Shown piece by piece: positions 43,646 through 52,986 of a stretch of 64,000 nt of DNA. The stretch is from Candidatus Methylomirabilia bacterium (GTDB lineage Bacteria; Methylomirabilota; Methylomirabilia; Rokubacteriales; CSP1-6): positions 5,936 through 69,935 of the forward strand of contig JBGPZD010000001.1 in NCBI GenBank assembly GCA_041493605.1, given 5' to 3'. Position numbers and translations under genes: made by a program. How positions within the stretch are numbered: the stretch's first letter is position 1; every line of letters starts with the position of its first letter. Under the pieces are notes generated by a model. That model saw only the letters and a program-made list of their open reading frames with translations. It searched no databases and had not been told where the DNA came from.

Positions 43646-45565
43646 GTGTCCGTGATCAGCATCATGCGGGAGTACGCAAGGAGCCTGAAGGTCGTGCTCC
43701 TGGCCGTCATCGTGGTCTTCATCCTCACCTCGGGGGTGCTCTTCTACTTCGGCTCCGGCGGCATCACCGGCGGAGCCAAGCCCAACGTGATCGCCACGGT
43801 CAACGGGGAAGAGATCCCGCTGGACCGATTCCGCCGCGCGCAGGAGAACTACATCGCGGCATACGAGCGCATGACCCGGCAGCGCGTGACGCCGGAGTTG
43901 GCCGAGCGCATGGGCCTCACCCAGCAGGTGCTGAACGAGCTGGTAACCGAGGCGGTGGTCGTCCAGGGAGCGGAGCGCGAGGGCATCCGCGTCGGCGACG
44001 ACGAGCTGCGCGCGCGGATCCAGGAGATCCGGGAGTTCCAGGAGGACGGGCGCTTCACGCGGGAGCAGTACGTCAAGGTGCTGCGCCAGATCCGCACCGA
44101 CCCGGGGACGTTCGAGGCGGAGGTCCGCCGCCAGCTGATCCGGCGGAAGGCCGAGGGGCTGATCAAGGAGGGCGTGAAGGTCTCCGAGGCCGAGCTGCGC
44201 CAGGCGTACGAGCTGCGTCGCGAGAAGGTCAGGGCCGTGTGGGCGTTCGCCGAGCTTCGCCCGCTGATGGCCCAGATCAGCGTGGGCGAGGCCGAGCTGG
44301 AATCCTATGCGAAGAGCCACGCGGACCAATTCACGCGCCCCGGGCGCCGCCGGCTGCAGTACGTGGTGGTGAGCCCCAAGCTCTTCGCCCAACCAGTATC
44401 GGACGCCGACGCCGAGGCCTATTACAAGGAGCACGGCGCCGACTTCGAGCAGCCGCGGCGGATGCGAATCGCGCACGTGCTGGTGCGCGTGCCCCCGGTC
44501 GGCGGCAGCGAGGCTGAGAACCAGTCCAAGGCCAAGGTCGAAGGAGTGATCAAGCGAGCGAAGGCCGGCGAGGACTTCGCCATGCTGGCAAAGGAGATCT
44601 CCGACGACAAGGCCAATGCGGCCAAGGGCGGCGACCTGGGCTTCGTCGGGCCGGGAGAGCTGGTGCCGCCGTTCGAGCAGGCGGCCTTCGCGCTCAAGAA
44701 GGGGGAGATCTCGCCAAGCCCGGTGCGGACGTCCTTTGGGTACCACGTCATCAAGGTGCTGGACGTGAAGGAGGGCGGCCGCACGCCGTTCAAGGACGTG
44801 GCCGCCCGCATCAAGGAGGCCCTGCTCGCCGAGCGCAGCGACCGTGCGGCGCGGGCGCGGGCCGACGACGTGAAGCCCAAGCTCCAGGCGGCGGCCGATT
44901 TCGGCGCCGAGGCGCGCCGGCTCGGCCTCGAGGCGCGCGAGGCGACGGTCGGCCGGGGCGATGCGCTGGAGGGGGTTGGGCGGGACGCGCAGCTCGAAGA
45001 CGCCGTGTTCTCGCTGGCCGTGGGCGGCGTGTTGCCCGCGACCAAGACGGCCGGCGGCTACACAATCGTGAAAGTCCTTGAGCAGATCCCGGCCGGCCTG
45101 CCGCCCGTGGCCGAGATCAAGGAGCGCGTCACGGAGGCCATCAAGCGGGAGCGGGCCGAAGCGCGCGCCCTGGAGAAGGCCAAGGCGCTGGTGGCGGCGC
45201 TGGCCAAGGGTGGTGAGTTCCGCGCCGCGGCGCGGCTCGAGGGGCTCACGACGGGCGACCTCGGGCCCTTCACCCTCGCGGAACCGCCCAAGGATCGTGG
45301 GGGGCTCCCGAACGGTGTTTTCCTAGCCGCCGTCCAGACGGCGGTGGGCCAAGTGGCCGAGCCCGTTGCCGCCGGGTCCGGTGTCTACGTGGTCAAGACC
45401 CTCGAGCGCCACCTGCCGGACGCCGCCGGCTTCCTGAAGGAGCGCCCGGAGGTTGAGAAGCAGCTGCTCGAGCAGAAGCGCAGCCTGGCGTGGGAGAGCT
45501 GGATCCGCAACCGCCTGGTTTCCGCAAAGATCGAGGTCGGCGGCGAGAAGCTGCCGGCCCGCTAG
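43646..45565 (+). CDS. Periplasmic chaperone / PPIase (PpiD/SurA-like, parvulin domain)
   Basis: GTG start after a GGAGG RBS. N-terminal TM anchor. Parvulin PPIC motifs (AHVLVRV ... GGDLGFVGPGELVPPFEQAAFAL ... FGYHVIKVL). Confidence 0.8.
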   Translation: MSVISIMREYARSLKVVLLAVIVVFILTSGVLFYFGSGGITGGAKPNVIATVNGEEIPLDRFRRAQENYIAAYERMTRQRVTPELAERMGLTQQVLNELVTEAVVVQGAEREGIRVGDDELRARIQEIREFQEDGRFTREQYVKVLRQIRTDPGTFEAEVRRQLIRRKAEGLIKEGVKVSEAELRQAYELRREKVRAVWAFAELRPLMAQISVGEAELESYAKSHADQFTRPGRRRLQYVVVSPKLFAQPVSDADAEAYYKEHGADFEQPRRMRIAHVLVRVPPVGGSEAENQSKAKVEGVIKRAKAGEDFAMLAKEISDDKANAAKGGDLGFVGPGELVPPFEQAAFALKKGEISPSPVRTSFGYHVIKVLDVKEGGRTPFKDVAARIKEALLAERSDRAARARADDVKPKLQAAADFGAEARRLGLEAREATVGRGDALEGVGRDAQLEDAVFSLAVGGVLPATKTAGGYTIVKVLEQIPAGLPPVAEIKERVTEAIKRERAEARALEKAKALVAALAKGGEFRAAARLEGLTTGDLGPFTLAEPPKDRGGLPNGVFLAAVQTAVGQVAEPVAAGSGVYVVKTLERHLPDAAGFLKERPEVEKQLLEQKRSLAWESWIRNRLVSAKIEVGGEKLPAR

Positions 45566-45580
45566 CGGCGGGCTGACGGG

Positions 45581-48500
45581 TTAGCGCGCCTCTCTGGGCC
45601 CGGCCGCCGCGCGCGCGCGGCGCGCGGACAGCCGGCTCTGGCCCCAGGCCACGCGGTCCGCCAGCGCCGACTTCCAGCGGGGGAACCGGATGCGGGAGAA
45701 GGGACGCAGCCCGCGCATGTCGTCGAAGGTCGAGTAGATCACCGGCGTCACCAGCAGGGTCACCAGCAGGCAGAGCGCCTGCCCGCCCACGACGGTGGTG
45801 GCCAGCGAGGCGCGCGACGCCGAGCCGTCACCCTTGCCGAGCGCCACCGGCAGCATCCCGGCGATGATCGCCAGCGTGGTCATCAGGATGGGCCGCAGGC
45901 GGGCCCGGTCGGCCTGCATCTGGGCCTCCGCCCGCGGCAGCCCGCGCTCCCGCAGCACGTTCGTGTAGTCCACCTGCAGGATCGCGTTCTTCTTCACCAC
46001 ACCCATCAGGAGGAAGAGCCCCATGATCGAGTAGATGTTCAGGCTCTTGCCCACCGCGAGCAGCGTGACGACCCCGAACGGGATGGCCAGGAACATGGAC
46101 ACCATGATGGTCAGCGGATGCACGAAGGATTCGAACTGGGCGGCCAGCACGATATAGATGAAGGCCAGCGACAGGACGAAGGCGATGGCGAAGTTCCGGA
46201 GGGCCTCCTGGAGCAGCTTGCCGCGCCCGGTGGTCAGGATGCCGTACTCCGGCGGCATGCGCTGCTGGGCCACGGCGGCGTAGGCATCCGTGTACGCGTC
46301 ACCCAGCGGCTTCGCGTAGAGGTTGGCAATGATGGTGGTGGACCGCTCCTGGGCGTAGCGGTCGATCTGGCCCGGGCTCATGCCCGTGCCCAGCACGGTG
46401 ACGTTCGACAGCTTGACCAGGGTGCCGTTGGCCCCGGGCACCGTCAGGGGCGCCAGGACCGAGGCATCCGAGCGGTACTGCTCCTTGAGTCTCAGCCGGA
46501 CGTCGTACTGCTCCCCGGCTTCCCGGTAGAAGCCGACCTTCTCGCCGCCCACCATGGTGCGTAGCGCGGTGGCGACGGCGTCGACCCGCACGCCGAGGTC
46601 GGAGGCCTTCTGGCGGTCGATGTGAACCTGCACCTCGGGCTGGCGAAGCGCCTCGGCCGTGTCCAGATCCACGAAACCGGGCTTGGTCTTGAGCTCTTTG
46701 ATGACGGCGGCGGCGAACTCGCTCAGGCGACCCAGGTCCGGGCCGCGCAGGATCAGGTTGAACGGCGTCTGGCGGAAGCCGCCCCCGCCGATCAGGGAAA
46801 TGTTCTGCACGCTGCCCCGCAGGCCGGGGAAGACAGTCAGCCCGCGGCGCACCTCCTGCATGATCTCCTGCTGGGAGCGTTTGCGCTGGGTGAGGTGGGT
46901 GAGGCCCACGTAGATGGAGAGATCGGTCACGTTGGACAGATACTGGCCGCGGACGCCCACCGTGGTGAACAGCGTGACCACCTCGGGCACCTTCCGGATC
47001 TCGGCCTCGATGGCCTGGGTGATCTCGGCGCTCCGCTCGAGCGATGAGCCGGGCGGCGCCTCGGCCACCACCTCGAACTCGCTCATGTCGTCGTCGACCA
47101 CGAAATCGAGCGGAGTGTTCTTCATGAGGATCACGCCGGCGACCAGGATGGCGACGGCGCCGAGGAGGCAGACGGCTCGGTGGCGCAGGCACCACCCGAG
47201 CGCCTGCTCGTAGCGTGATTCGAGGAGGTGGTAGAGCCCCGTGGCCTTGGACGCCGCGGCCGCGTGGTCGCCGTGCTCGCCGGCCGCGGTGTGGGAGAGG
47301 ATGCGCGCGGCGAGCATGGGCGTGAGCGTCATCGCCACGACCAGGGACACCAGGATGGCGAAGGTCGCCGTCAGGCCGAACGAATTCCAGAACTTGCCCA
47401 CCAGCCCGCCCATGAAGGCCACGGGCAGAAAGATCACCACGAGCGACAGCGTGGTGGCCGTCACGGCGAGGGAGATCTCCTTGGTGCCTTCGATGGCCGC
47501 CTCGAAGGGCGGCCGTCGCTCCTCTTCTGTGTGCCGGAAGATGTTCTCCAGCACGATGACGGCGTCGTCGATGACAATGCCCGTGGAGAGCGACAGGCCC
47601 AGCATGGTCAGGTTGTTGAGCGTGAAGCCGGCCACGCGCATGGCGGTGAAGGTGGCAATGATGGAGCAGGGGATGGCCACGGCGGCGACGAAGGCGGGGC
47701 GCAGCTTCTTGACCGAGAGGAAGAAGACCATGGCGGTCACCGTCGCCAGGCCGGTGACCTTGATCAGCAGCTCGGGGTCGGCCCACACGAACGCCATGCC
47801 CACGGCCGCGACGATGGCCACGAGGACGCCGCTCTCCCACCAGAGCAGCCGCCCGATGAACGCCGCCACGATGAGGCTGGCCAGCAGGCCGCCGAGCAGC
47901 AGGTGGTCCTGGACCTCGTGGAAGGAGCGCTTGATGAAGCGCGAGAGGTCCCGGACGATCTCGAACCGGATGTCCTGAGGCAGGCCCTTCTGGATTTCCA
48001 CGAGCCGGGCCTTGACCGCGTCGACCACCGCCACGGTGTTGGTGCCCGACTGCTTGCGGATCAGCAGCGACACGGCCGCGCGGCCATTGAGGCGGGATAG
48101 CGTGCGCGGCTCCTCCTCGCCGTCCACCACGGTGGCGACGTCGTGCACGTGGACCGGGCTGCCCTTGAAATCGGCGACGATCAGGTCGTTGAAGGCGTCG
48201 ACCGACTCGATGCGTCCGAGCGTGCGGAGCCCCTCCTCGGTGCGGCCGGCGGTGAGCCGCCCGCCGGGGATCTCCACGTTCTGGCGCTGCAGCGCGTCCT
48301 TGAGGTTCTGGATGGAGAGGCCGAAGGAGACGAGCTTGTCCGGGTCGGCGAAGATCTGGATCTCGCGCTTGCGGTCGCCCACGAGGGTGATGGCGCCTAC
48401 GTCCTTGACGGTCTCGAGCACCCGCTTGACGCGCTTGTCGGCGATTTCCGTGATCTCGCGCGCCGAGCGCTGGCCCGAGACCACGACGGCCAAGATCGGC

Positions 48501-48907
48501 GCGGAGTCCGGATCCACTTTTTCGACGATGGGCGACTCGGCGCCGGCCGGGAAGCGGGAGAGGACGGTGCCGACCTTCTCCCGCACGTCGTTGGCCGCCT
48601 CCTGCACGCTCCGTTCGAGGACGAAGGTCACGAAGACCTGCGACTGCCCCTCGATGGTGGAGGAGCGCAGCTCGTCGAGGCCGCTGATGGTGTTGACGAC
48701 TTCCTCGATGGGCTTGGTGATCTGGCTCTCGATCTCTTCGGGGGAGGCGCCGGGCAGGCGCGTCGTGATCGTGATGGTGGGCAGGTCCACCTTGGGGAAG
48801 ATGTCGACGCCGAGTTGGACGAAGGAGGCCAGGCCGAGCACGACCAGGGTGGCGATGATCATGGTGGTGAAGACTGGACGGCGGACGAAGACTTCGAGGA
48901 AGCCCAT
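45581..48907 (-). CDS. RND efflux transporter permease (AcrB/HAE1 family)
   Basis: 1108 aa. MGFLEVFVRRPVFTTMIIATLVVLG ... 12-TM RND architecture with two large periplasmic loops. Confidence 0.9.
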   Translation of the reverse strand: MGFLEVFVRRPVFTTMIIATLVVLGLASFVQLGVDIFPKVDLPTITITTRLPGASPEEIESQITKPIEEVVNTISGLDELRSSTIEGQSQVFVTFVLERSVQEAANDVREKVGTVLSRFPAGAESPIVEKVDPDSAPILAVVVSGQRSAREITEIADKRVKRVLETVKDVGAITLVGDRKREIQIFADPDKLVSFGLSIQNLKDALQRQNVEIPGGRLTAGRTEEGLRTLGRIESVDAFNDLIVADFKGSPVHVHDVATVVDGEEEPRTLSRLNGRAAVSLLIRKQSGTNTVAVVDAVKARLVEIQKGLPQDIRFEIVRDLSRFIKRSFHEVQDHLLLGGLLASLIVAAFIGRLLWWESGVLVAIVAAVGMAFVWADPELLIKVTGLATVTAMVFFLSVKKLRPAFVAAVAIPCSIIATFTAMRVAGFTLNNLTMLGLSLSTGIVIDDAVIVLENIFRHTEEERRPPFEAAIEGTKEISLAVTATTLSLVVIFLPVAFMGGLVGKFWNSFGLTATFAILVSLVVAMTLTPMLAARILSHTAAGEHGDHAAAASKATGLYHLLESRYEQALGWCLRHRAVCLLGAVAILVAGVILMKNTPLDFVVDDDMSEFEVVAEAPPGSSLERSAEITQAIEAEIRKVPEVVTLFTTVGVRGQYLSNVTDLSIYVGLTHLTQRKRSQQEIMQEVRRGLTVFPGLRGSVQNISLIGGGGFRQTPFNLILRGPDLGRLSEFAAAVIKELKTKPGFVDLDTAEALRQPEVQVHIDRQKASDLGVRVDAVATALRTMVGGEKVGFYREAGEQYDVRLRLKEQYRSDASVLAPLTVPGANGTLVKLSNVTVLGTGMSPGQIDRYAQERSTTIIANLYAKPLGDAYTDAYAAVAQQRMPPEYGILTTGRGKLLQEALRNFAIAFVLSLAFIYIVLAAQFESFVHPLTIMVSMFLAIPFGVVTLLAVGKSLNIYSIMGLFLLMGVVKKNAILQVDYTNVLRERGLPRAEAQMQADRARLRPILMTTLAIIAGMLPVALGKGDGSASRASLATTVVGGQALCLLVTLLVTPVIYSTFDDMRGLRPFSRIRFPRWKSALADRVAWGQSRLSARRARAAAGPREAR

Positions 48908-50061
48908 TACTTGACGATCTTGGATTCCAGGAGGGTGACGGGGACCCCGTTGAAGAGCTGGGAGAGGTTGGACACCGCCACGGTGTCGCCGGGCTTGACG
49001 CCCTCGATGATCTCCACCCAGGCGCCCTGGCGGGCCCCGGACTTGACCAGGCGCTCCTCCGCCTTGTTGTCGGCCACGACGAACACCTTGCTGATGCCGA
49101 CGAAGTACACGACGGCCTCGGCCGGGACAAAGGCCACGTCACGGTCCCGGCGCGTGAGGACCGAGCCCTTGGCGAAGAAGCCCGGGCGCAGCCGCACGTC
49201 CGTATTGGGCACCCGCCCCTCGACCGCCAGGCTCCGCGTCTGCACCTCGACGGCGGGCGACACGCGGGTCACTTCGCCGGTGAAGGTCTGACCCGGGTAG
49301 GCCTCGACCGTCAGCTCGATCCGCTGCCCGATCTTGAGATCGGGGGCGAAGCGCTCCGACACCGTGCCCGTGTACTTGAGCGGGTCGAGGGCCACCAGGG
49401 TGTAGACGGCCGTGTTCTCCTTCACGTACTCGCCCGCGTTGATGTGACGCTTGGCGATGAAGCCGCCGAAGGGCGCGCGGATCGTGGTATCGCCGAGCCG
49501 CTTGCGCATGATGCCCAGCATCGCGTCCCGGCGCCTCACCTCGGCCTCGTCCACGGCCACCTGGGCCGCGGCGACGTTGTGCAGGTTGCGGGCGTTGTCG
49601 ACGTCACGGGCCGCGATGAGCTGCTTTTCGTAGAGGGTTTTGTTGCGGTCGAACTCCGACTTGGTCCATTCGACCTGGGAGCGGGAGCGCCCGAGGGCTT
49701 CCTGCGTGGACGCCAGGTCGGCCTCGGCCTGCCGGACGGACAGCTGGAACTCGCGCGCGTCGTATTCCGCGAGCACCTGCCCGGCGCTGACGCGGTCGCC
49801 CAGGTCCACCAGCAGCTTGGCCACGGTGCCGGGCTGCTCGGTCTTGGCAATGGTCTCCTGCCAGGCGACCACGCTGCCAACGGTCTCCACCGCGCGCTGG
49901 ACCTCGCGGCCCTCGGCCCTCGCCACGGTGATCGGCACCGCCTTGACCGCGGGGGCGCCGCCCCGTTGGGCCTGGGGGGCCTGCGCGTCGGACTTTCCGC
50001 AGGCGGCCGCGAGCAGCAACGCCAGGGGCAGGGCGATGAGGGTAACCGGGCGCGGGCCCAT
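48907..50061 (-). CDS. RND efflux periplasmic adaptor (membrane fusion protein, HlyD family), lipoprotein
   Basis: Lipobox LAAACGK. Coiled-coil hairpin and beta-barrel domains. Stop overlaps the RND start. Confidence 0.88.
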   Translation of the reverse strand: MGPRPVTLIALPLALLLAAACGKSDAQAPQAQRGGAPAVKAVPITVARAEGREVQRAVETVGSVVAWQETIAKTEQPGTVAKLLVDLGDRVSAGQVLAEYDAREFQLSVRQAEADLASTQEALGRSRSQVEWTKSEFDRNKTLYEKQLIAARDVDNARNLHNVAAAQVAVDEAEVRRRDAMLGIMRKRLGDTTIRAPFGGFIAKRHINAGEYVKENTAVYTLVALDPLKYTGTVSERFAPDLKIGQRIELTVEAYPGQTFTGEVTRVSPAVEVQTRSLAVEGRVPNTDVRLRPGFFAKGSVLTRRDRDVAFVPAEAVVYFVGISKVFVVADNKAEERLVKSGARQGAWVEIIEGVKPGDTVAVSNLSQLFNGVPVTLLESKIVK

Positions 50062-50140
50062 AGGCCGTCAGTTTACTCTAGGACGGCTCGGGCAGCGAGT
50101 GCTCGACCGCCGCCCGCAGCCTGTCGTAAAATACGAATCC

Positions 50141-50635
50141 ATGGCGATCCAGCGCACTCCGATGACGCGGGCGGGCTACGACCGCCTGAAATCCGAGCTC
50201 GAGCGGCTCAAGAAGCAACGACCGCTCCTCAGCAAGGCCATCGGCGAGGCGCGCGCCCACGGGGACCTGTCCGAGAATGCCGAGTACCACGCCGCGCGTG
50301 AGAAGCAGGGCTTCATCGAGGCGCGCATCAAGGAGCTCGAGGGCAGATTCAGCACCGCCGAGGTGCTCGATCCGCCCACCTCCGGGGACCGGGTGACCTT
50401 CGGCTCCACCGTCAGGCTCGAGGACGAGGCTGGCAAGGAGGCCCGCTATCAAATCGTGGGGTCGGACGAAGCGGACCCGACCCACGGCCGCATCTCGATC
50501 ATGGCGCCCCTGGCCCGCACGCTCATCGGCAAGAGGGTGGGCGATACGGTGGTGGCTGAGCTGCCCGGCGGCAAGAAGACCTTCGAGATCCTGGAGGCGA
50601 ATTTCCCCTGGCCGGAGGACGGCCAGCCGGGCTGA
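50141..50635 (+). CDS. greA: Transcription elongation factor GreA
   Basis: MAIQRTPMTRAGYDRLKSELERLKK ... AHGDLSENAEYHAAREKQGFIEARIKELE. Has a short C-terminal extension. Confidence 0.9.
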   Translation: MAIQRTPMTRAGYDRLKSELERLKKQRPLLSKAIGEARAHGDLSENAEYHAAREKQGFIEARIKELEGRFSTAEVLDPPTSGDRVTFGSTVRLEDEAGKEARYQIVGSDEADPTHGRISIMAPLARTLIGKRVGDTVVAELPGGKKTFEILEANFPWPEDGQPG

Positions 50636-51766
50636 TCAGGACCTCAGCGCTTCGCGCAGCTCCCGCGTGAGGGCTTCGACGGTGCCGCGAGTGCCACCCG
50701 CCAGCTTGGCCTTCCACTCCTTCTCGGTTTCGAAGCGGCGGTCCTTGAGCCGCTCGCCCCAAGGCTTGACGGCGTCGCGGATCGCGTGGAAGTCGAAGGC
50801 GTCGCGCTTGAGCTCCCGGGCGCGGGCCATCACGTCCGGGGCCACGCGGATGAAGGCGCGCAATGCGGCGCCAGTCTTGATCGAGTACTTCCGTCCCGCC
50901 CAAGCCGTCGGGAAGGCGGCGGCCACCGCCTTCATGTAGCTCAGGAAGAAGCGCTTGGCGTTCTGTCGCAGCTCGTTCATGCGCGCGCCGCCGCCGATCT
51001 TCTCCACCGCTTCGAGGAAATCCACGATCTCCTCGGCCAGCGGCGCCTGCGAGACGCGCCCGCGGCCGGTGCCCAGCATCTTGATGTCGCCGTGCAGCGG
51101 CGAGGTCTCGTCCTCGTTGAGCGAGCGGATCACGTCGTGGGCCAGGGCCTGATTGGGGTCGGGGTAGAGCTTGCGGCCCGCGAGGCTCACGATGTGCGAT
51201 GGGTTCAGGCGCGTGTGCTTGGCGTTGATGGTGACGAAGAGCTCCACGATCTGCCGCGCGTCGAGCCGGTCGAAAAGGACGGCGGGCACTTCGATCCCCA
51301 GGTTCTCGCCGGCCTGGGTCAGCGCGTGGAGGGCCAGCAGCCGGTGCTGGCCGTCGAGCACGCGGAGCACGCCGTGCTCCTCCGGGATCTGCAGCAGGCC
51401 CAGGTCGTGCTGGCTCGCCATGGGCGTGAAGGTGAAGCGCTTTTCCGAGGTGATGATGACGGCGCCCGGGATGGCCGGCAGCGTGCCCGCGTCTTTGCAA
51501 TCCCGGTAGTAGCCGACGAGCTCGTCGATCTTGCGCCGGATCACCGGCCGCTGGTAGGCGGTCTCGCTCTCGCCGATGCGCTTCTCGAGGGCCTCCCAGT
51601 TCACGCGCGCCCGGGTCGAGCGCTTCGGCTTGGCGGGTCCGGCCTCGGCGCCCCCGTAGCCCAGCACCTCGAATTTGACGAGGCGGTCGATGTCCTTGGC
51701 CGAGAAGGAGGCCTGGAAGAACTCGACTCCGAACTGCTTCACGCGATGCGCGGGGACCGTGATCAT
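50636..51766 (-). CDS. DGQHR-domain protein (DndB/DpdB-like, ParB/Srx-fold superfamily)
   Basis: 376 aa with the literal DGQHR motif (VLDGQHRLLALHAL) and a DndB-like FVTINAKHTRLNPSHIVSL region. GGAGG RBS. Stop is adjacent to and convergent with greA. No dndACDE or dpdA is nearby. Confidence 0.7.
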   Translation of the reverse strand: MITVPAHRVKQFGVEFFQASFSAKDIDRLVKFEVLGYGGAEAGPAKPKRSTRARVNWEALEKRIGESETAYQRPVIRRKIDELVGYYRDCKDAGTLPAIPGAVIITSEKRFTFTPMASQHDLGLLQIPEEHGVLRVLDGQHRLLALHALTQAGENLGIEVPAVLFDRLDARQIVELFVTINAKHTRLNPSHIVSLAGRKLYPDPNQALAHDVIRSLNEDETSPLHGDIKMLGTGRGRVSQAPLAEEIVDFLEAVEKIGGGARMNELRQNAKRFFLSYMKAVAAAFPTAWAGRKYSIKTGAALRAFIRVAPDVMARARELKRDAFDFHAIRDAVKPWGERLKDRRFETEKEWKAKLAGGTRGTVEALTRELREALRS

Positions 51767-51911
51767 GAACGCCTCCAGCTCGTAGGAGCCAACTGCGAAG
51801 ACCGATCCTAGGCTCGGCTACTCTAATCGAAGCCTAAACGCACGTCAACATTTACGTTTTCGCCGCTTGGCCGACTGGCGCCACCCCTAGATATTGTGCT
51901 CGATCTCTGGC

Positions 51912-51944
51912 TTATCCACAAGATGTGGGTAACCTGTGGATGGA
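51912..51944. promoter_or_regulatory. Ectopic DnaA-box cluster: TTATCCACA (perfect), TGTGGGTAA and TGTGGATGG.
   Basis: cTTATCCACAagaTGTGGGTAAccTGTGGATGG lies in the low-GC region ~150 bp upstream of the DGQHR gene start. The same 9-mer is in the dnaA upstream cluster at 8648..8667. Confidence 0.55.
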
Positions 51945-52171
51945 CAAATCCCTACCAATAGAGGTGGATTCGAGGACATTTGCTGAGCGAGAGCCGGCAA
52001 CCCGAGCGGTTGAATCAAACGGACGCGGCCTTCCCAATCCGGAGAGAAGCGAGAACGGGCGATCGTGCGAAACATTAGGCGCAGTCGGCACACTGGGCGA
52101 AGTCCTATTGCGTTCGGCTCTCTTCGCGCGCGCCCCGGTCATATCGAGGCCTCCACACCGGGCCTCCGCCC

Positions 52172-52199
52172 TTGACGAGACCGACCGGCGGGATATCAT
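52172..52199 (+). promoter_or_regulatory. Candidate sigma70 promoter TTGACG-N16-TATCAT for the membrane-protein/hydrolase operon.
   Basis: Near-consensus hexamers ~45 nt upstream of an AAGGAGG RBS and the ATG at 52249. Confidence 0.4.
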
Positions 52200-52248
52200 C
52201 GTCGCGCCGCGGCAGCGCGAGACGGGACACGAGCGGCAAGGAGGCTCC

Positions 52249-52986
52249 ATGAATCCCGAGGTTTGGAGCGCCATTCAGACGGCCCTCGACGACTACGTCA
52301 AATACCTCTGGCCCATGGCGGTGGCCCTCGCGGGGGTCGGCATCGCCACCATGGCGGCGCTGCAGATGGTCAAGGATCTTTTCCGACTTCAGTGGTATTT
52401 CAACCGGTGGCAGGTCCGCCGCTGGCTCGGCCAGCGGGCCCGGCGCTGCCACGAGCACGACGCGAGCTTTTCGCCCGACGCAGGCTGGGCTCACGTGCAG
52501 CTGATCACGCTGGCGACAGCCGGCGACGAGGACGCCTTCTACTCGCTCGACTGCCAGCAGATCGCGGCCCAGATGGCGGCCGCCTCGCAAATCGCGCTCG
52601 ATTATCCCCGCCTCTACTCCCACCTGTTCCTGTGTCTGGCGGCCGAGGCCGAGCCCGCCGACGTCAGGCGGGTGCTGGGGCCGCCGCCCAGGCCGGCGGC
52701 GAAGGACGCCTGGATCGCGGCCCGGAACCGGGTCGGCCACCAGGTCCAGCGGACGCTGGACGGTCTGCAGATCTCGATCACGAACCGTTGGAAGCGCTCG
52801 AACCAGCTCGTCTCCTACCTGCTCAACGTGCTGTTCGTGATGCTCGCGTTGCGATCCCTCAACGCGCGGCTGACGTCGATGCCGATCGTTGACTCCATGC
52901 TGGTCGCCCTGCTGAGCGGCTTCCTGGCCCCAGTGGCCAAGGACCTCGTGACCGCGCTGCAGCAGCTCCGGTCGCGGGCGCGATGA
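52249..52986 (+). CDS. Membrane protein of unknown function (N-terminal TM, two C-terminal TMs)
   Basis: Strong AAGGAGG RBS. Starts MNPEVWSAIQTALDDYVKYLWPMAVALAGVGIATMAAL. C-terminal LVSYLLNVLFVMLAL and SMLVALLSGFLAP helices. The track ORF 51925..52986 is extended upstream. Confidence 0.6.
   Translation: MNPEVWSAIQTALDDYVKYLWPMAVALAGVGIATMAALQMVKDLFRLQWYFNRWQVRRWLGQRARRCHEHDASFSPDAGWAHVQLITLATAGDEDAFYSLDCQQIAAQMAAASQIALDYPRLYSHLFLCLAAEAEPADVRRVLGPPPRPAAKDAWIAARNRVGHQVQRTLDGLQISITNRWKRSNQLVSYLLNVLFVMLALRSLNARLTSMPIVDSMLVALLSGFLAPVAKDLVTALQQLRSRAR

Noticed and set aside
50633-50638. TGATCA palindrome formed by the abutting greA and DGQHR stop codons, considered as a regulatory site
   Set aside because: A 6-bp palindrome is expected by chance. 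It is noted only as evidence of zero intergenic spacing between convergent genes.
51925-51985. tRNA-like appearance (GGTGGATTCGAGG) near the DnaA boxes
   Set aside because: No acceptor stem, cloverleaf or anticodon arm can be formed. The resemblance to a T-loop is superficial.
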